NCBI GenBank assembly: GCA_964577305.1
Contig: CAZNYS010000004.1
Coordinates: 8,661-72,660, forward strand
From: an uncultured Rikenellaceae bacterium
Lineage (GTDB): Bacteria; Bacteroidota; Bacteroidia; Bacteroidales; VadinHA17
Length of the DNA: 64,000 nucleotides
Direction: 5' to 3'
Shown here piece by piece: positions 10,620 to 20,091 of this stretch. The notes under the pieces were generated by a model. The model searched no databases and was not told where the DNA came from. It saw only the letters and a program-made list of their open reading frames with translations. Every line of letters starts with the position of its first letter. Position 1 is the stretch's first letter. The translations under genes were made by a program, and so were the position numbers.

Positions 10620-11270
10620 TTATGAATTTCTATCCCTGACCCATATTATCGGATTTTCATTGATATATTTTCTTACCCTTAACAATTGTTTATTGGTAAA
10701 TAGGATTCTGTCGTAGAATCCCGATTGCCATCCAAATGTTGGATCGATTTTTCTGGCATTTCTTGTAACGATTGATTTATATGAACCAATAATTGATGAA
10801 ACGGTATTTTTACCCTGGTTTTGAAATCGTTTTTGGCCAGGTGTTAATATTGGTTTTTTGGGTATGTTATGTATTGTTTTTACGGATTTTGGGTGTGATT
10901 TTATTTCTGTGAATGATGTAGGTTTTGTGGATAATTTGGTAGAATCAAGGCATTGCCTTGATTCTACTACATTTATATCAGGGTGATCATCAACATCAAT
11001 GAATATATACGGTTTATTCAAAACCAAAATACAATGAATATGATTCGGCATTATTACATATGTGTCAATAATTGCAAATGGGAAATGATCATGAATGGAT
11101 AATATGAATTGTTGGGCAATTCTGCCTATTTTGGATAAATAAATGTCGTAATTATAAATATCCCCCAAAAAATTTTTCCTATCCCTGGTACAGATGGTGA
11201 TAAAATATTTACCCCTCCAACCATAATCCCATTTTTGCAATCGGATAGGTCCAATTCTATATTTATTCAT
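10620..11270 (-). mobile_element. REP-associated tyrosine (HUH/Y1) transposase, RAYT family; probable start ATG 11270
   Basis: RLQKWDY, YFITICT, MPNHIHCI (HUH), SIIGSYKS, WQSGFYD and YINENP motifs. Visibly AT-richer than its neighbours. Confidence 0.85.
10939..10967. repeat. REP-like palindrome inside the RAYT coding sequence
   Basis: GTAGAATCAAGGCA-T-TGCCTTGATTCTAC, perfect 14-bp arms. Confidence 0.9.
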
Positions 11271-11388
11271 GAATTTCTTCGTCAATTCCTCAGAAATCAA
11301 ATTAATGAAAACACAAAATGAAATGCAGCATTTCAAAGGTATGCAAAATATTAATTCAATAAAGGAATTGAATTTAACAGATTATTAT

Positions 11389-13704
11389 CTATTCCCCTGA
11401 CATTGAATAAGGGTACGATTCAGGTTCGGTACACCTTTTCTTATTGGATTCTTCGGACATTGTGAATATTATTTTACCACCTTGCTGGAGGGCATCGTGT
11501 GTAAAATAATTATAATTTACGGTCTTCCCGTTAAGGGTGATATTTTCAATGTAATAAGATTTGCTGCCATTTCCTTCTGCAAGAATCTCAAGGGTGTTTC
11601 CTTCCGGCATTTCAATAGTCATCTTATCAAACAATGGTGACCCGATAACATACTGGTCTGTTCCGGGGCATACAGGATAGAATCCCATTGCACTGAAGAC
11701 ATACCATGCTGATGTCTGCCCGTTATCTTCATCACCACAGTATCCATCTGGGGTATAATTATAGAGCCTGTCCATAACCTGGCGTACCCTGTACTGTGTT
11801 TTCCATGGTGCTCCCGCGTAGTTATACAGGTATATCATATGCTGGATCGGCTGATTACCGTGGGCATAATTGCCCATTCCGGCCATCTGCATTTCTCTAA
11901 TTTCATGAATTACGATACCGTAATACGAATAATCGAATACAGGAGGAACCTCAAAAACTGAGTCAAGCTTTGCTACAAACTGGTCATTCCCTCCCATGAG
12001 GCTTACCAGGCTGTCAATATCATGAAATACACTCCAGGTATAATGCCAGCTGTTCCCTTCAGTAAAGGCATCACCCCATTTGTATGGGCTGAAAGGTGAT
12101 TGAAAACTGCCATCGAGATTTTTCCCCCGCATTAGTTTCCTCCCGGGGTCGAATACATTTACAAAATTATATGCCCTCTCTTTATATAATTCCAGTTCTT
12201 CTTCGGGCCTGCCCAGTTCCTGACCCAGCTTCCAGATACAATGATCAGCATAGGCATATTCCAGTGTACGTGCCGTGTTTTCCCTGATACCCACATCATA
12301 TGGTATATACCCAAGTTTATTATAATATTCAGCTCCATACCTTCCCACAGAATGCACAGGACCATGTCCTTTAGTGTTTTTGATCATTGCCTCGTACAGT
12401 GTTTCGATATCATATCCCCTGATTCCTTTCAGGTAGCTGTCAGCAACCAGTGAAGCCGAGTTTGAGCCTATCATACAATTTCTGTGCCCGGGGCTTGCCC
12501 ATTCAGGAAGCCAGCCACTTTCGAGATATGTATTTACCAGGCCACTCATGATATGACTGTCAAGTTCAGGATACATAAGAGTAAAGAAGGGAAACACAGC
12601 TCTGAACGTGTCCCAGAAACCATTATCAGTGAACATATACCCGGGTAATATCTCACCGTTATATGGGCTATAATGAACAATTTCTCCTTCAGCGTTTATC
12701 TCGTAGAATTTTCGCGGGAAAAGCAGCAGCCTGTAGAAGCAGGAATAGAAAGTCCTTATTTTATCGTTATCATCACTTTCAACCCTGATCCTTCCAAGTT
12801 CCCTGTTCCAGGCTTCCTTTGCCTCTTTCATTACAGTATCAAATGACTTTGTGCCAATCTCATTTTCAAGATTCCTTTCAGCTTGTTCGGGGCTGATAAA
12901 TGATGAAGCCACGCGGGCATATACAATTTCATCTTTTCCTGTTTTGAAACCTATAATGGCCCCTGCATGAAAGCCCTCGGCTTCTAGGATATTAGCCTGA
13001 AGCTCTTTATTAAGCCATGTGTGTGTATAATCAAAGTCCTTATCAAATTCTATTACAAAATAGTTATAAAAATTATCAGGGACACCTCCGCTGTTGTTCC
13101 TGCAGTAACCGATTATTTTGCGCTCGTCTGATAATATTTTCACCATAGAGCCTCTGTAAAAACCATCAACCAGGATCCATGAGGAATCATTTTCAGGAAA
13201 TGTAAACCTGAAGATTGCAGCCCTTTCCGTTGGTGTTATTTCAGCAGTTACGTCATGATCGGCCAGATATACACTATAGTAATATGGTTTTGCTGTTTCT
13301 GCCTTATGTGAGAACCAGGAAGCCCGGTCTTCACCGTCAAATCTTATCTCGCCGGTTATGGGCATTAAAGAAAAGGCTGCATAGTCGTTAATCCACGGGC
13401 TTGGCTGGTGGGTCTGTTTAATACCCCGTATTTTATAGGCATCGTATGTATATCCCCAGCCATTACCCATTTCACCTGTCTGGGGAGTCCAGAAATTCAT
13501 TCCCCACGGCATTGCTATGGCAGGATATGTATTCCCGTTTGACAGTTTGAACTCAGAGTCGGTCCCCATAAGCGGGTTTACCAGTTCAGCGGGGTCAAAT
13601 GAAATGCTGTTATCATCATTTTTCTGGGTACAGGAGCTGACCAGGGTAGTCAGTAATACTACCAGCATAATGGGTGTAATAATCTTATTCATATTTATAT
13701 TCAT
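11389..13704 (-). CDS. GH92 alpha-1,2-mannosidase (lipoprotein)
   Basis: Lipobox SSC; GNTYP, THQPSPWINDY, DFWDTFRA-type, EGNSWHY, HGNQPIQH and GDEDNGQTSAWY motifs. Confidence 0.92.
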   Translation of the reverse strand: MNINMNKIITPIMLVVLLTTLVSSCTQKNDDNSISFDPAELVNPLMGTDSEFKLSNGNTYPAIAMPWGMNFWTPQTGEMGNGWGYTYDAYKIRGIKQTHQPSPWINDYAAFSLMPITGEIRFDGEDRASWFSHKAETAKPYYYSVYLADHDVTAEITPTERAAIFRFTFPENDSSWILVDGFYRGSMVKILSDERKIIGYCRNNSGGVPDNFYNYFVIEFDKDFDYTHTWLNKELQANILEAEGFHAGAIIGFKTGKDEIVYARVASSFISPEQAERNLENEIGTKSFDTVMKEAKEAWNRELGRIRVESDDNDKIRTFYSCFYRLLLFPRKFYEINAEGEIVHYSPYNGEILPGYMFTDNGFWDTFRAVFPFFTLMYPELDSHIMSGLVNTYLESGWLPEWASPGHRNCMIGSNSASLVADSYLKGIRGYDIETLYEAMIKNTKGHGPVHSVGRYGAEYYNKLGYIPYDVGIRENTARTLEYAYADHCIWKLGQELGRPEEELELYKERAYNFVNVFDPGRKLMRGKNLDGSFQSPFSPYKWGDAFTEGNSWHYTWSVFHDIDSLVSLMGGNDQFVAKLDSVFEVPPVFDYSYYGIVIHEIREMQMAGMGNYAHGNQPIQHMIYLYNYAGAPWKTQYRVRQVMDRLYNYTPDGYCGDEDNGQTSAWYVFSAMGFYPVCPGTDQYVIGSPLFDKMTIEMPEGNTLEILAEGNGSKSYYIENITLNGKTVNYNYFTHDALQQGGKIIFTMSEESNKKRCTEPESYPYSMSGE

Positions 13705-14678
13705 TTAACCTGTTTCATAAGTTTGAATGAGTTCACTATTATAATTGCGAGCAGTCCGCCTGCAATAGTAAATAATACTGTAATTCCGTTTACCAGTATT
13801 CCATAGGTTATGCCTGTTTCTTCACTCAGGTTAAACAGGAGGAAGAGCTGTAAGACAAAGAAGTGTGTGGTCCCTATTCCTCCGGGGCTGGGGATAGCCC
13901 ATCCAATAGTTCCCACGAAAAGGACCACAAAAGCGAAATACAGGTTGAGGTTCTCAGTTGAAGGTAATGACCTCAGGCAGCAATAATTCATTAAAATCAT
14001 AAGAAACCAAACCATAACTGTTTGGAGTGCAAATATGCGGTACGACTTTATCCTGAATGTATTTCCTAAGGTTGCCCAGAACTCCTTCAGAAAAGACCTG
14101 ATTTTATGTAGAAGCTTATAATGCCTGAATATCAGGATCAGGGCAGCAATAACCAGTACCAGCCCCAGTAAGATTAAACCAAGGTTCAGTAAATTCGCTG
14201 AGACTGATTTTTTAATACTGTAAACAGCCGTTTTAATCAATTCACGCAATCTTCCGAATTCAAGAAGGATTATAACTGCTATTGCCAGTATAAGTACAAT
14301 CAGGTCATATATCCGTTCAGATATTACAGTACCAAGGCTTTTTGAAACAGGTATACCTGATGATTTTTGTAATGATGTACACCTGATTATCTCACCCAGC
14401 TTTGGTGTGAAGCTGTTTATGAAAAATCCCAGGAGCAAGGAATAGGATACATTCTTAATTTGAGGAAAGTTGCCATTGTTTTCCATTAGCAATTTCCACC
14501 TGTAAGCCCTGAAAAAGAACATAATTAACAGGAATAAAATGCTTAATAATATCCAGTTGATCCTGGCTGTTAACAGAAGTTCAAATATATCGTCCAGGGG
14601 TTTGTTCTTAAGAGTAAGGAAAAGGAAGAATCCTCCAATAATAATTCCTGTTGCAGCATTTATTACATGTTTCCTCAT
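13701..14678 (-). CDS. Lysylphosphatidylglycerol synthase TM-domain (flippase-like) protein
   Basis: RAYRWKLL, PKLGEIIR, ERIYD and PSPGGIG motifs; polytopic. Confidence 0.8.
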   Translation of the reverse strand: MRKHVINAATGIIIGGFFLFLTLKNKPLDDIFELLLTARINWILLSILFLLIMFFFRAYRWKLLMENNGNFPQIKNVSYSLLLGFFINSFTPKLGEIIRCTSLQKSSGIPVSKSLGTVISERIYDLIVLILAIAVIILLEFGRLRELIKTAVYSIKKSVSANLLNLGLILLGLVLVIAALILIFRHYKLLHKIRSFLKEFWATLGNTFRIKSYRIFALQTVMVWFLMILMNYCCLRSLPSTENLNLYFAFVVLFVGTIGWAIPSPGGIGTTHFFVLQLFLLFNLSEETGITYGILVNGITVLFTIAGGLLAIIIVNSFKLMKQVK

Positions 14679-14741
14679 GCCAGATATGGTTTTCCGGGAA
14701 CGTTTTTAGCGGATAAAGATAATAAGAAATGATTTATATCT

Positions 14742-15632
14742 TTATTTAAGCCTGAGATATACCGGGCGGTGATCGGATATAACTTCCTGGTAGTCGGTAA
14801 AACACCGGTCAGGCCTGTTAACGATTGAAGTGTCAATATTTGCATACAATTCGTCCGTTACACATATATGATCTATATGGCTTGGCCATGAGGGGTATGA
14901 CCACCATGCAACACTACCACGGGCAATAGTCATGTCTGTGAACATAAAATTATCAGGATCATTTACCATGGTCCAGAACACGTTGGTCTCGTAGGTTGTC
15001 CCATTTATTTCATCATTGAGGTCTCCAAGAACAATAACCGGCTCATCCGGGTAATTATTTGATATATATTTATATAAAGAGTCAGTGGCATTTCTTCTCC
15101 GGTCTTCGTTTTCAGTGCCTTCACAGCATTTAAGGTGGTTGTTTATCATTATTGCATCTATACCTGTCGGTATATGTGTTACATGTATTTCAAAAGGTGG
15201 CCGGGGGAATGACCAGTAATCATCCTCGAATATTATTTTACTTTCAGCCTCATTAAGACTAATCTCCGATACCTTGTAAAGAAATGCCAGGTTCCAAACG
15301 GAATTGTTAATCGGGTAATATTCTCCTTCCCATCCAATGAGTCTTTCAACAAGCTTATCAAACTCTGCTTCTGAGCTTATCTCCTGCAGGGCAATAATAT
15401 CAACATTCATTTCCTTTATCAGCTCAGCCACCACCTCTGCTGTTTCTTCATCATATCTGGGATATTCCTGGATATTGAAAGTAACTATATCGAATGTATT
15501 AGCGGAGCCACTTATGACACATTCCGAAAAATCTATTCCTTCATTACCATTGGAGGGCTTTTTGCGGCATGATACCATGATAAGGACAATTGACAAGGCC
15601 ACTAAGAAAATTATGAACAAGTTCCTGTGCAT
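14742..15632 (-). CDS. Endonuclease/exonuclease/phosphatase (EEP) family lipoprotein; probable start ATG 15632
   Basis: Lipobox VSC; TFNI, ALQEI, NHLK, LGDLND, IDHI and SDHRP motifs. Confidence 0.82.
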   Translation of the reverse strand: MHRNLFIIFLVALSIVLIMVSCRKKPSNGNEGIDFSECVISGSANTFDIVTFNIQEYPRYDEETAEVVAELIKEMNVDIIALQEISSEAEFDKLVERLIGWEGEYYPINNSVWNLAFLYKVSEISLNEAESKIIFEDDYWSFPRPPFEIHVTHIPTGIDAIMINNHLKCCEGTENEDRRRNATDSLYKYISNNYPDEPVIVLGDLNDEINGTTYETNVFWTMVNDPDNFMFTDMTIARGSVAWWSYPSWPSHIDHICVTDELYANIDTSIVNRPDRCFTDYQEVISDHRPVYLRLK

Positions 15633-15671
15633 ATTTATTTCTTTCCTTATGTAAAGATGCAAAAAATAAAT

Positions 15672-15711
15672 GTAAAGACGCCCAATTTAGGCGTCTATAC
15701 GAAGTCTCTAC
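15672..15711. repeat. Degenerate REP-like palindrome with extra right-end remnant
   Basis: GTAAAGACGCCCAATTTAGGCGTCTATAC followed by GAAGTCTCTAC. Confidence 0.75.
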
Positions 15712-15777
15712 GAAACACATACATTAATATTATAAGTAAAAATTTAATTTTGTAATTACTTTATAGATAAACATCTT

Positions 15778-16887
15778 ATGAAACATCTGATCCTTATACT
15801 TTCACTACTGATCCTATACGGTTGTCACAACAGTTTAGAAAACAATTCAGCAGGCGTATCTACTGTTTCATTTTACGTTGGCACTTATACCGGGTCAGGA
15901 AGCCGGGGGATTTATAAGTTCCTGTTGCACAACGACGGCCGACTTGAACGGATTAACCTGGCAGCAGAGACAGAAAATCCATCATTCCTGGCATTTAGCG
16001 CCAGCAGGGACTTCCTGCTGGCAGTGAATGAGAAAAGTCCGGAAGGAACAGTTGAATCGTTCCGGACTCGGGGTGACAGCTTGGTAAGAACCAGCCGGAG
16101 CCCTTCAGGCGGTGCACATCCGTGTTTTGTAGCTATTAATGAAGATGGCTATGTATTATCTGCCAACTATTCAAGTGGCACCATTGGCTTGCTGAAACTG
16201 GATAGCACCGGTGTACTAAGTGTGTTGCTTGATGTTCAGAAGCATACAGGAAGTGGCACAACCAGCAGGCAAAAAAGTCCGCATGCCCATTCCGCCTGGT
16301 TTGAACCAGGAACCTCGCGGGTAATCTCGGTAGACCTGGGTACAAACGAGCTGTGGTTCTCAGATCTGGATACCCTGCATGAAAAGCTGTTGCCTGAAGA
16401 GCAACAAAAGCTTGGTATGGATCCCGGAGCGGGACCCCGCCACCTGGCATTCCACCCCAATGGTATTTGGATCTACGTGGTAAATGAGCTGAACAGTACC
16501 GTGACGCTTGTTAAAAGAACTGGGGGAGGAACATTTGAAAAAGGGCCATCATTTACAACCCTGCCGAAAGATTATACTGGAACTAATGCCTGTGCAGATA
16601 TTCATGTTTCATCCGATGGAAAGTTTGTTTATGCTTCTAACCGGGGGCACAACAGCATTGCCATTTTTGAGACAGATCAGCATGATGGGACACTAAAGCT
16701 AATCGTACACCAGTCCACCTGCGGAGAATGGCCCCGAAATTTCGCCCTGTCACCCGGTGAAAACTACATGCTGGTGGCCAACCAGAATTCAAATAACATA
16801 GTGTCGTTCAAACGTGACAGTTTCACTGGTCGTATGGAACCGATAGATACCACAGAAGCACCTTCCCCTGTTTGCATTTTGTTTTAG
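15778..16887 (+). CDS. pgl: 6-phosphogluconolactonase-family (Pgl/YkgB beta-propeller) lipoprotein
   Basis: YVGTYT, NPSFL, ANYSSG, HAHS, GAGPRHLAFHP, SNRGHNSI and WPRNF motifs; lipobox YGC. Confidence 0.85.
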   Translation: MKHLILILSLLILYGCHNSLENNSAGVSTVSFYVGTYTGSGSRGIYKFLLHNDGRLERINLAAETENPSFLAFSASRDFLLAVNEKSPEGTVESFRTRGDSLVRTSRSPSGGAHPCFVAINEDGYVLSANYSSGTIGLLKLDSTGVLSVLLDVQKHTGSGTTSRQKSPHAHSAWFEPGTSRVISVDLGTNELWFSDLDTLHEKLLPEEQQKLGMDPGAGPRHLAFHPNGIWIYVVNELNSTVTLVKRTGGGTFEKGPSFTTLPKDYTGTNACADIHVSSDGKFVYASNRGHNSIAIFETDQHDGTLKLIVHQSTCGEWPRNFALSPGENYMLVANQNSNNIVSFKRDSFTGRMEPIDTTEAPSPVCILF

Positions 16888-16915
16888 TAGAAACGTCCAA
16901 TTTGTACGACTCTAC
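16887..16915. repeat. Degenerate REP-like palindrome
   Basis: GTAGAAACGTCCAATTTGTACGACTCTAC; first G is the last base of the pgl stop codon. Confidence 0.7.
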
Positions 16916-16917
16916 GT

Positions 16918-17868
16918 TTATAACGTTAAATGAGAAAAGACCTGAGTCAATTGCACCCTGTTTCGTACATTGACTTTCCTGAATATATTATATGTATGGT
17001 CTTTGACGGTCTGAAGGGAAATAAACAGCTCATCGGCTATCTCCTGGTTTGTCTTGCCCCTGCATATCTCTGTAATTATCTGTTTCTCCCTGTTTGATAT
17101 GCCATATTGCTGGTAAAGATCCTCAAGTGAATCAGTGAGATCAATGAATTCATTAGCATTTCTTTTCAGGTAGGATTTCAGTAATATTATCAAAGCCAGG
17201 TCGGAACAGAAATAGAATAAAAGGAAATATAAACCAACATATACACTCCAGTAAGCAAAATGCAATGCAATAGCATTCAGCAAGGCAATACCTGCGAGAA
17301 TAAATCCAAACCTTACCAGCAGTATCCTTTTTTCATTGTTACTGGTCCTGACAGCTCTGTATATAAGTATAACAAGGATATATATCTTGACAAGCAGGTC
17401 AATTGAATAAAGTACTATCCTGACTAACTGGCTCAGGTCAACACTGTTCAAACCCGCGTTTTCGGGCATATTTCTAAGTATCAGTCCGTAAATAAGGAAA
17501 GAGGCCGTGGCCAGTGTAAAGAATATAATGGCAACTGACTGGCTTACCTTTCTCGAAATAAGCTCATTTGATGCTTTAATAAGGATATACCATGCTGCAA
17601 TTATAAAAGGGACACCGAAAAAAGGTATAACAGCAGCAATTGATTCTATCTCTGCAATTTTAATGTCATACTTAAGTAGGATTTCTCTTATTGCTATACC
17701 ACCGAGTATGCCGTAAACTCCAAAGACAAAATGAAGTATTTTATAATAGAAAAAACTGTTCAGGTAATCAACCCGGTATATTTTCCTGAGTCGGGATAAA
17801 AGTATCAGACTGTACACTCCTCCTGAAACAGCGACAACAATGACAACAAAAACAGCCAGTCTGATCAT
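16918..17868 (-). CDS. Membrane-anchored LuxR-type HTH regulator; probable start ATG 17868
   Basis: About 7 hydrophobic helices, then ISNREKQII...GKTNQEIADELFISLQTVKDHTYNIFRK LuxR HTH. Confidence 0.85.
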   Translation of the reverse strand: MIRLAVFVVIVVAVSGGVYSLILLSRLRKIYRVDYLNSFFYYKILHFVFGVYGILGGIAIREILLKYDIKIAEIESIAAVIPFFGVPFIIAAWYILIKASNELISRKVSQSVAIIFFTLATASFLIYGLILRNMPENAGLNSVDLSQLVRIVLYSIDLLVKIYILVILIYRAVRTSNNEKRILLVRFGFILAGIALLNAIALHFAYWSVYVGLYFLLFYFCSDLALIILLKSYLKRNANEFIDLTDSLEDLYQQYGISNREKQIITEICRGKTNQEIADELFISLQTVKDHTYNIFRKVNVRNRVQLTQVFSHLTL

Positions 17869-18034
17869 CAGATAATATTTATTACAAATGAAACAAATTA
17901 CTTGCTTCAAGACAAAATAATTTACTAAGACCTTATCATACCAAAGTTGGATAATAAACAAATCCTACTTTTGGCGGATTGACTTTGGCTGTATTACATA
18001 TATATATTTGAAGTAGAAATCAAAAAATAAAATC

Positions 18035-18724
18035 ATGGAAAAAATAACAGAATTATTACCGAAGGCAGGTTCAGCGTACCGACATGGCTGGAGAGTGATG
18101 AAGAAAAACTTCATCTCATTATTCCTGGTAGCATTGATTATCTTTGTGGCAAGTATACCTCTTGGTATCTTTTCCAATGTTTCTGATATCCATCCCGATA
18201 AATGGGGTATTGTAGCTGTGGCAATGATTTTTGCCCAGATATTCGCTCTGGCCTATTCTTTATTTGTATTATCACCGTTAGAATACGGGTCAAAACTTGT
18301 TTACCTGAAAGCAGCCCGGAATGATCATTTTGAAGTAGTAGATATGTTTGACTCGTTTAAAAACTACCTGGACGTTGTTCTTGCCTCACTTCTCAGTGGA
18401 GCAATTATTGTATTTGGTTTTTTCTTCCTTATCATCCCGGGCATTGTTTTTGCCTGCCGGCTGGCTTTTGTTCCTTTTCTTGTTATGGATAAGAAGCTTG
18501 ATCCCGTGAAGGCTGTTGAGGAGAGCTGGAGATTAACAAAAGGTCATGGATGGAGGATCTTCTGGATGGGAATCCTGGCCTTTTTCCTAATTATTGCCGG
18601 GCTTATTGTACTTATTTTCGGAGTATTTATTTCGGCTATATGGATCAGCTCAACCTTTGCTTCTCTTTACCATGCCGTACTGGTTGAAAAAGGAGAATAT
18701 GTAATACCAAATGGCAATCAGTAA
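18035..18724 (+). CDS. DUF975-like integral membrane protein
   Basis: Polytopic, with LLIIPG-like and A.EESW.LTKGH.W motifs. Confidence 0.65.
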   Translation: MEKITELLPKAGSAYRHGWRVMKKNFISLFLVALIIFVASIPLGIFSNVSDIHPDKWGIVAVAMIFAQIFALAYSLFVLSPLEYGSKLVYLKAARNDHFEVVDMFDSFKNYLDVVLASLLSGAIIVFGFFFLIIPGIVFACRLAFVPFLVMDKKLDPVKAVEESWRLTKGHGWRIFWMGILAFFLIIAGLIVLIFGVFISAIWISSTFASLYHAVLVEKGEYVIPNGNQ

Positions 18725-18727
18725 TCT

Positions 18728-18756
18728 GTAAAGACACCCAAATTGGGCATCTCTTA
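18728..18756. repeat. Degenerate REP-like palindrome
   Basis: GTAAAGACACCCAAATTGGGCATCTCTTA, 3 bp after the stop codon. Confidence 0.65.
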
Positions 18757-18791
18757 TGTTGATATAACAACCCATCATTTTTGTTTTCATG

Positions 18792-18817
18792 ACACCGGTT
18801 GAGAAACCGGTGTTTTT
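18792..18817 (+). terminator. Intrinsic terminator
   Basis: ACACCGGTT-GAGA-AACCGGTGT followed by TTTT; perfect 9-bp stem with GNRA loop. Confidence 0.8.
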
Positions 18818-18852
18818 CGTATTTTTGCATTTGAAATATAAATAAGATAATT

Positions 18853-19605
18853 ATGTCAGGACATAGCAAATGGTCGACCATTAAGAGGAGAAAGGGTGCC
18901 AATGATGCTAAAAGAGGCAGAATGTTTACCCGTTTGATTAAAGAAATTACCATAGCTGCCAGGGAAGGCGGAGGTGATCCGGAAGCGAATCCCAGGCTGC
19001 GCCTGGCTGTTCAAAATGCAAAAGGAGCCAATATGCCCAAGGATAATATTGAAAGGGCTATAAAAAAAGCTACAGGAGACGATGCGACAAGGTACGAAGA
19101 GATAACATTTGAAGGATACGCTCCAAATGGGATAGCAGTTTTCGTGGAGTGCCTTTCCGACAATAATAACCGTACAATTGCAAATGTCAGGTCAGTATTC
19201 AATAAATTCGGAGGAAATCTCGGTACTCATGGCTCATTAAGTTTCCTTTTTGACAGGAAAGGAATATTTACAGTCAGGAAAAATGATGAAATTGATATGG
19301 ATGAATTTGAGCTAGAGTTAATTGACGGTGGAGCAGAAGATATTGAAACAGATGATGATATGATAACAGTGACCTGTGCAATGGAAGATTTTGGTAACCT
19401 TAATAAGAAGCTGGAAGAGAAGGGTGTGGAACCTGTAAGTGCCGACCTCCAGAGGATTCCTAATGACACCAAAGAACTTGACCTTGCAGGTGCAGGGAAA
19501 GTACTCAAACTGGTAGATACCCTTGAGGATGATGATGATGTACAGAACGTATTTCATAATCTCGAAATGACTGAAGAACTGGCTGAGGAGCTTGAGAAAC
19601 AATAA
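18853..19605 (+). CDS. yebC: YebC/PmpR family protein
   Basis: MSGHSKWSTIK, NPRLRLA, NMPKDNIERAI and EDDDDVQNV motifs. TATTTTTG box at 18820. Confidence 0.95.
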   Translation: MSGHSKWSTIKRRKGANDAKRGRMFTRLIKEITIAAREGGGDPEANPRLRLAVQNAKGANMPKDNIERAIKKATGDDATRYEEITFEGYAPNGIAVFVECLSDNNNRTIANVRSVFNKFGGNLGTHGSLSFLFDRKGIFTVRKNDEIDMDEFELELIDGGAEDIETDDDMITVTCAMEDFGNLNKKLEEKGVEPVSADLQRIPNDTKELDLAGAGKVLKLVDTLEDDDDVQNVFHNLEMTEELAEELEKQ

Positions 19606-19632
19606 AAGGAGATAATTTACTATTTTTATGGC

Positions 19633-20088
19633 ATGAAAAGATATATCCTACTTATAGCCCTTTTTGCATTATGCAGCAGCATTCAGGCACAAAAACTGAT
19701 AAAGGCAGAGGAACTTATTAACGGAAGCGGTAGTTACCGGGCGGGTCGCGTGGAAATAAACCAGGATATACGCGTCGATTCACTGCTAAGCAGACATATA
19801 ATGGCAAATGCCGAAACTGATGGTATAAATGGCTACCGGATACAGATTTACAGGGGTTCAGGACGTAATGCCAGAGAGGATGCAAACGAAACAAAAGCTG
19901 AGTTTATTTCTGGATTTCCCGGTATACAATCATATCTGAGGTTTGATCCACCCAATTATTTTAAAGTGCGGGTGGGTGACTACCGTACAAAGCATGATGC
20001 ATATCCCGATTTCAAAATGGTGAAGCGGAAATTCCCAAATGCTTACATAGTAACAGATATTATAACTTATCCCGACCTGGATCAGTAA
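19633..20088 (+). CDS. SPOR domain protein
   Basis: Signal peptide; GYRIQIY...YFKVRVGDY...FPNAYIV SPOR fold. Confidence 0.8.
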   Translation: MKRYILLIALFALCSSIQAQKLIKAEELINGSGSYRAGRVEINQDIRVDSLLSRHIMANAETDGINGYRIQIYRGSGRNAREDANETKAEFISGFPGIQSYLRFDPPNYFKVRVGDYRTKHDAYPDFKMVKRKFPNAYIVTDIITYPDLDQ

Positions 20089-20091
20089 ATT

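Noticed and set aside
10926-10934. Perfect DnaA box TGTGGATAA
   Set aside because: A single copy inside a coding sequence with no cluster or oriC context; likely chance.
15778-17961. Quorum-quenching pair (lactonase plus LuxR)
   Set aside because: The lactonase is the Pgl beta-propeller type, not an AHL metallo-lactonase (no HxHxDH), and the LuxR protein lacks an autoinducer-binding domain.
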